Shown: positions 61,263-64,000 of the stretch, one piece after another
How the letters are laid out: each line of letters starts with the position of its first letter
How positions within the stretch are numbered: the first letter of the stretch is position 1
Assembly: GCF_009914755.1 (NCBI RefSeq)
Contig: NC_060942.1
DNA length: 64,000 bases
Reading direction: 5' to 3' (one strand)
Origin: the human T2T-CHM13v2.0 reference genome, Homo sapiens
Translations under genes and position numbers: made by a program
The notes under the pieces: model-generated
The model's input: only the letters and a program-made list of their open reading frames with translations
What the model was told of the DNA's origin: nothing
The model's database searches: none

Positions 61263-61863
61263 TTAAACCATCCCTATAAACTTTATAAAATTAATTAGGG
61301 AAAAAAGGGAGAGAAATGAAAATAAGCCAAGTTTGCAGCACATTTGGCATTAATCATTAGGTCAGCTGCTTTCTGACCTGCTTCCTCATACTTGTTTGGT
61401 GCCTGTTACCCAAGAATTACGCAGACCTTGCCACAAGACTATAGTTCCCTTTAACTGCTCTATAGATAAGAACTTGAATGATGTGAAATGTTAAGTTTTT
61501 CATTTGAGATATTCCTTCAGGTCCTGCATACCAATAAAACTACTAAAGTCAGCTGTTGTCAACAACCCCATAGGAGCTGACTTGCTCACCAAAGAATGCA
61601 GTTTCCACATCCCGATGATTTCATCATCCTTATCCCAACCAATCAATGGCCCCAGTTTTACAGCCCCTTGCCCTCCATGATCTCCTTAAAAGCTCCAAGC
61701 CAGAACTCTTCAGGGAGACAGATTTGAGGGTCCTCCCATCTCCCGCCTTGGCCTCTTGGCCACCCTGCAATCATGAAACTGTTTCTCTGCTGCAAACCCT
61801 GCTGTTTCAGTGTATTGGTTTGTTACTACATAGTGGGCATACAAACCTGGTGGCCCTGTAACA
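61263..61863 (+). mobile_element. LTR26-class solo LTR (ERV1)
   Basis: aaaccatccctataaactttataaaattaat...ggccctgtaaca; AAAA on both sides as 4-bp TSD. Confidence 0.85.
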
Positions 61864-63649
61864 AAAATATACACAAGTTGGCTATATTTGGGGGATTAGG
61901 TATGTTAATAATTTTCTTATTATGATTGGTATGTATGTTTTTATAATGGAAAAGCAAGTTTTTGAAAAAATTTTTGACACTCTTACTCAAATTACGTGGA
62001 GAACTTTTAAAGAGATAAAGGACCACCTACCAGGCTTCTTCTACTGATAGTTTGCCAGTGAGAGCTCAGTAGGAACTGCAAAAAAAAAAAAAAAAAAAAA
62101 AAGGAAGATGAGGCAACAGAAAGAACCCAATAAGAGGCTTGTTGGATGTGCCCTTATCAGCATCCTCAAATGTGTTCTGCAGGGCTTCAGCTCTAGCAAA
62201 TGGCAATTTGTGCTCCATGAAACAGGATCCTTATGGGAAATTCTCTTTGGGAAATGCTACATCAGTATTTATCCCCCCCTTTGAAAAATACCTAAGATAT
62301 GTTTGCATATTTAAGTTGTTGAATGGCCCCAGAGTAAAGAAAACTGAGCAATTTGATTTAACCCAGTTTTTCCTGAATGTTTTTAACCAGAGGATACTTT
62401 GCTGTCTTTCTTTCGGAACACTTAGGAATGCAGATTTGAGGAACGTTACCTTGGAGAAAGGCCAGCCCCCATATCATGCTCTTTATTTAGCCTATGAAGT
62501 ATAACTACCTGGGGATGAAGAAATCTTTACAGACACTGACTTGATCAATAATGGAAATGAAGTCTGTACTAAACTGGATCTATATCCTTAGCCCCTTAAA
62601 CAACTAAGAGATGTCTAAATTCAAATTGATGAAAATATTTGAGTTGGAATCCCCCTTCTCAAGACCAAGAACCCAATACAATGTCAGAAACAAAGATAGG
62701 AGAGTGGACTTAATTGAGAAAAATGGAAATTTGAAAGGGAAGAGTAAAAGGATTAGTGTTTCCATTAATCATCAGACAGCAGCAACTGTCTTCCTTTCCT
62801 CTGGGTTTCCCTGAAGTCCTCACTAGGGCCTCACCAGAGTAAGGCTGCCCTCCACACCCATCCAATTTTGGTTAAACATCACAGGTTGTAATGATGGTTA
62901 GGCTGTCCTTCGTAATGTCAATTAACTACCATCACTTCCACCTTATCCGCTGTCGTCTGTGTTCTCTCCCTGGAGTTATGCACCACACACTCCCAACCCC
63001 CATATATATCCTTGCATTTGAATATGCAGAGAGACAGTCATCTTCTCTTTTTTGGGGGTAATGCCTGCACTAGCATTTGCTCATTCTTTTTCAGCTTGAA
63101 GTATGCAAAAACTCTTGATCAAGGGTAAAATACATAGCAGAAATTGAGGTCAGACCAAAATAAATAATATACATTGCAAAACAGTCAGTTCTGAATAGCA
63201 TTTTAGAATGGTTATGGATGAGAGAATTTACACTAGAACTCATTGTCCAAGAATGTACAAAACTGTCTGCCGCTGCTCTAACTCTTTGGCTCACAGCATA
63301 AGATAAGATGGGGGGTGGGGAAAGGAAGTGTATATATGAGTGTACTGAAATGGACTGTTTCATAAGCATACAGCAGAAAGCCATTCAGAGAAGACATTTA
63401 TACTGAATAAGCACTGTGCAGAATGATGTAAAATAGGTTCTTTGCATCCTCCACAATGGCTTTTAAGGTGGAATGTTTCCAAGGCTGATTTTGTTTTCTC
63501 TCTGCCCTCATAGAAATTCAGCTCTTGATCAGAAGGAAAGCAAAATTTGGAAGAAATGTGATTATATCAAATACTGCTGGCCTAACTTGGACACTGTAAT
63601 TCTAGGAATGAAAACATGCTAGCTTGTTTTCATTAATATTACTAGAAGG

Positions 63650-63940
63650 TAGCCAGTTTAAAGAATATTGCATGGTCAGGTGGACAAATTCCACCATTCA
63701 CTGGCTGTATGACCTTGAACTTGTCAGTTACTGCTCTGGGCCTCAATTGTGAAATGGCCTGTTGAAAGTATAAAGTTGTAAAGTTGTAAATTGGCCTCGC
63801 CTGTAAAATGAGGATAATTATAGTAACTGCCTTGCATCACAGGCCTGATATTAGGGTTACATATATTTGTCAGTATTTTTAAAAACTGTCTTGCAATAAT
63901 ATGTACCAAATAACTTTAAAGAAATAAAAACTAGTAATTA
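63650..63940 (+). mobile_element. MIR with short internal insertion
   Basis: ggctgtatgaccttgaac...tctgggcctc...ctgtaaaatgaggataat. Confidence 0.72.
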
Positions 63941-64000
63941 AGTATCATCCAATTAATGTGCCAAAACTTACTTTTACTTAATTTGTTTGATTCTAATTTT

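Overview
AT-rich primate (human/great-ape-like) nuclear DNA, intergenic or deep intronic. No host protein-coding exon, RNA gene or CRISPR array could be supported. Much of the window is interspersed repeat: about 17 Alu/FRAM copies, a young 5'-truncated L1PA2-like element, several old L1M/L2/MIR remnants, solo LTRs (THE1 x2, MLT1, MER31, LTR12, LTR26, LTR47-like), a full-length HSMAR2 mariner, and MER3/MER5. Repeat family names come from recalled consensus sequences, not a database search. Best leads: (1) 48962-50516, an apparent spliced, polyadenylated retrocopy of a transcript encoding only a strongly diverged N-terminal/coiled-coil part of L1 ORF1p, whose 105-codon ORF is restored exactly when a later LTR12 insertion is removed; (2) a near-perfect 43-bp-stem hairpin inside an L2 (29811-29907); (3) a ~135-bp, ~95% identical inverted duplication with template-switch signatures (60351-60945); (4) a THE1 LTR-L1 ORF2 chimeric 502-codon ORF.
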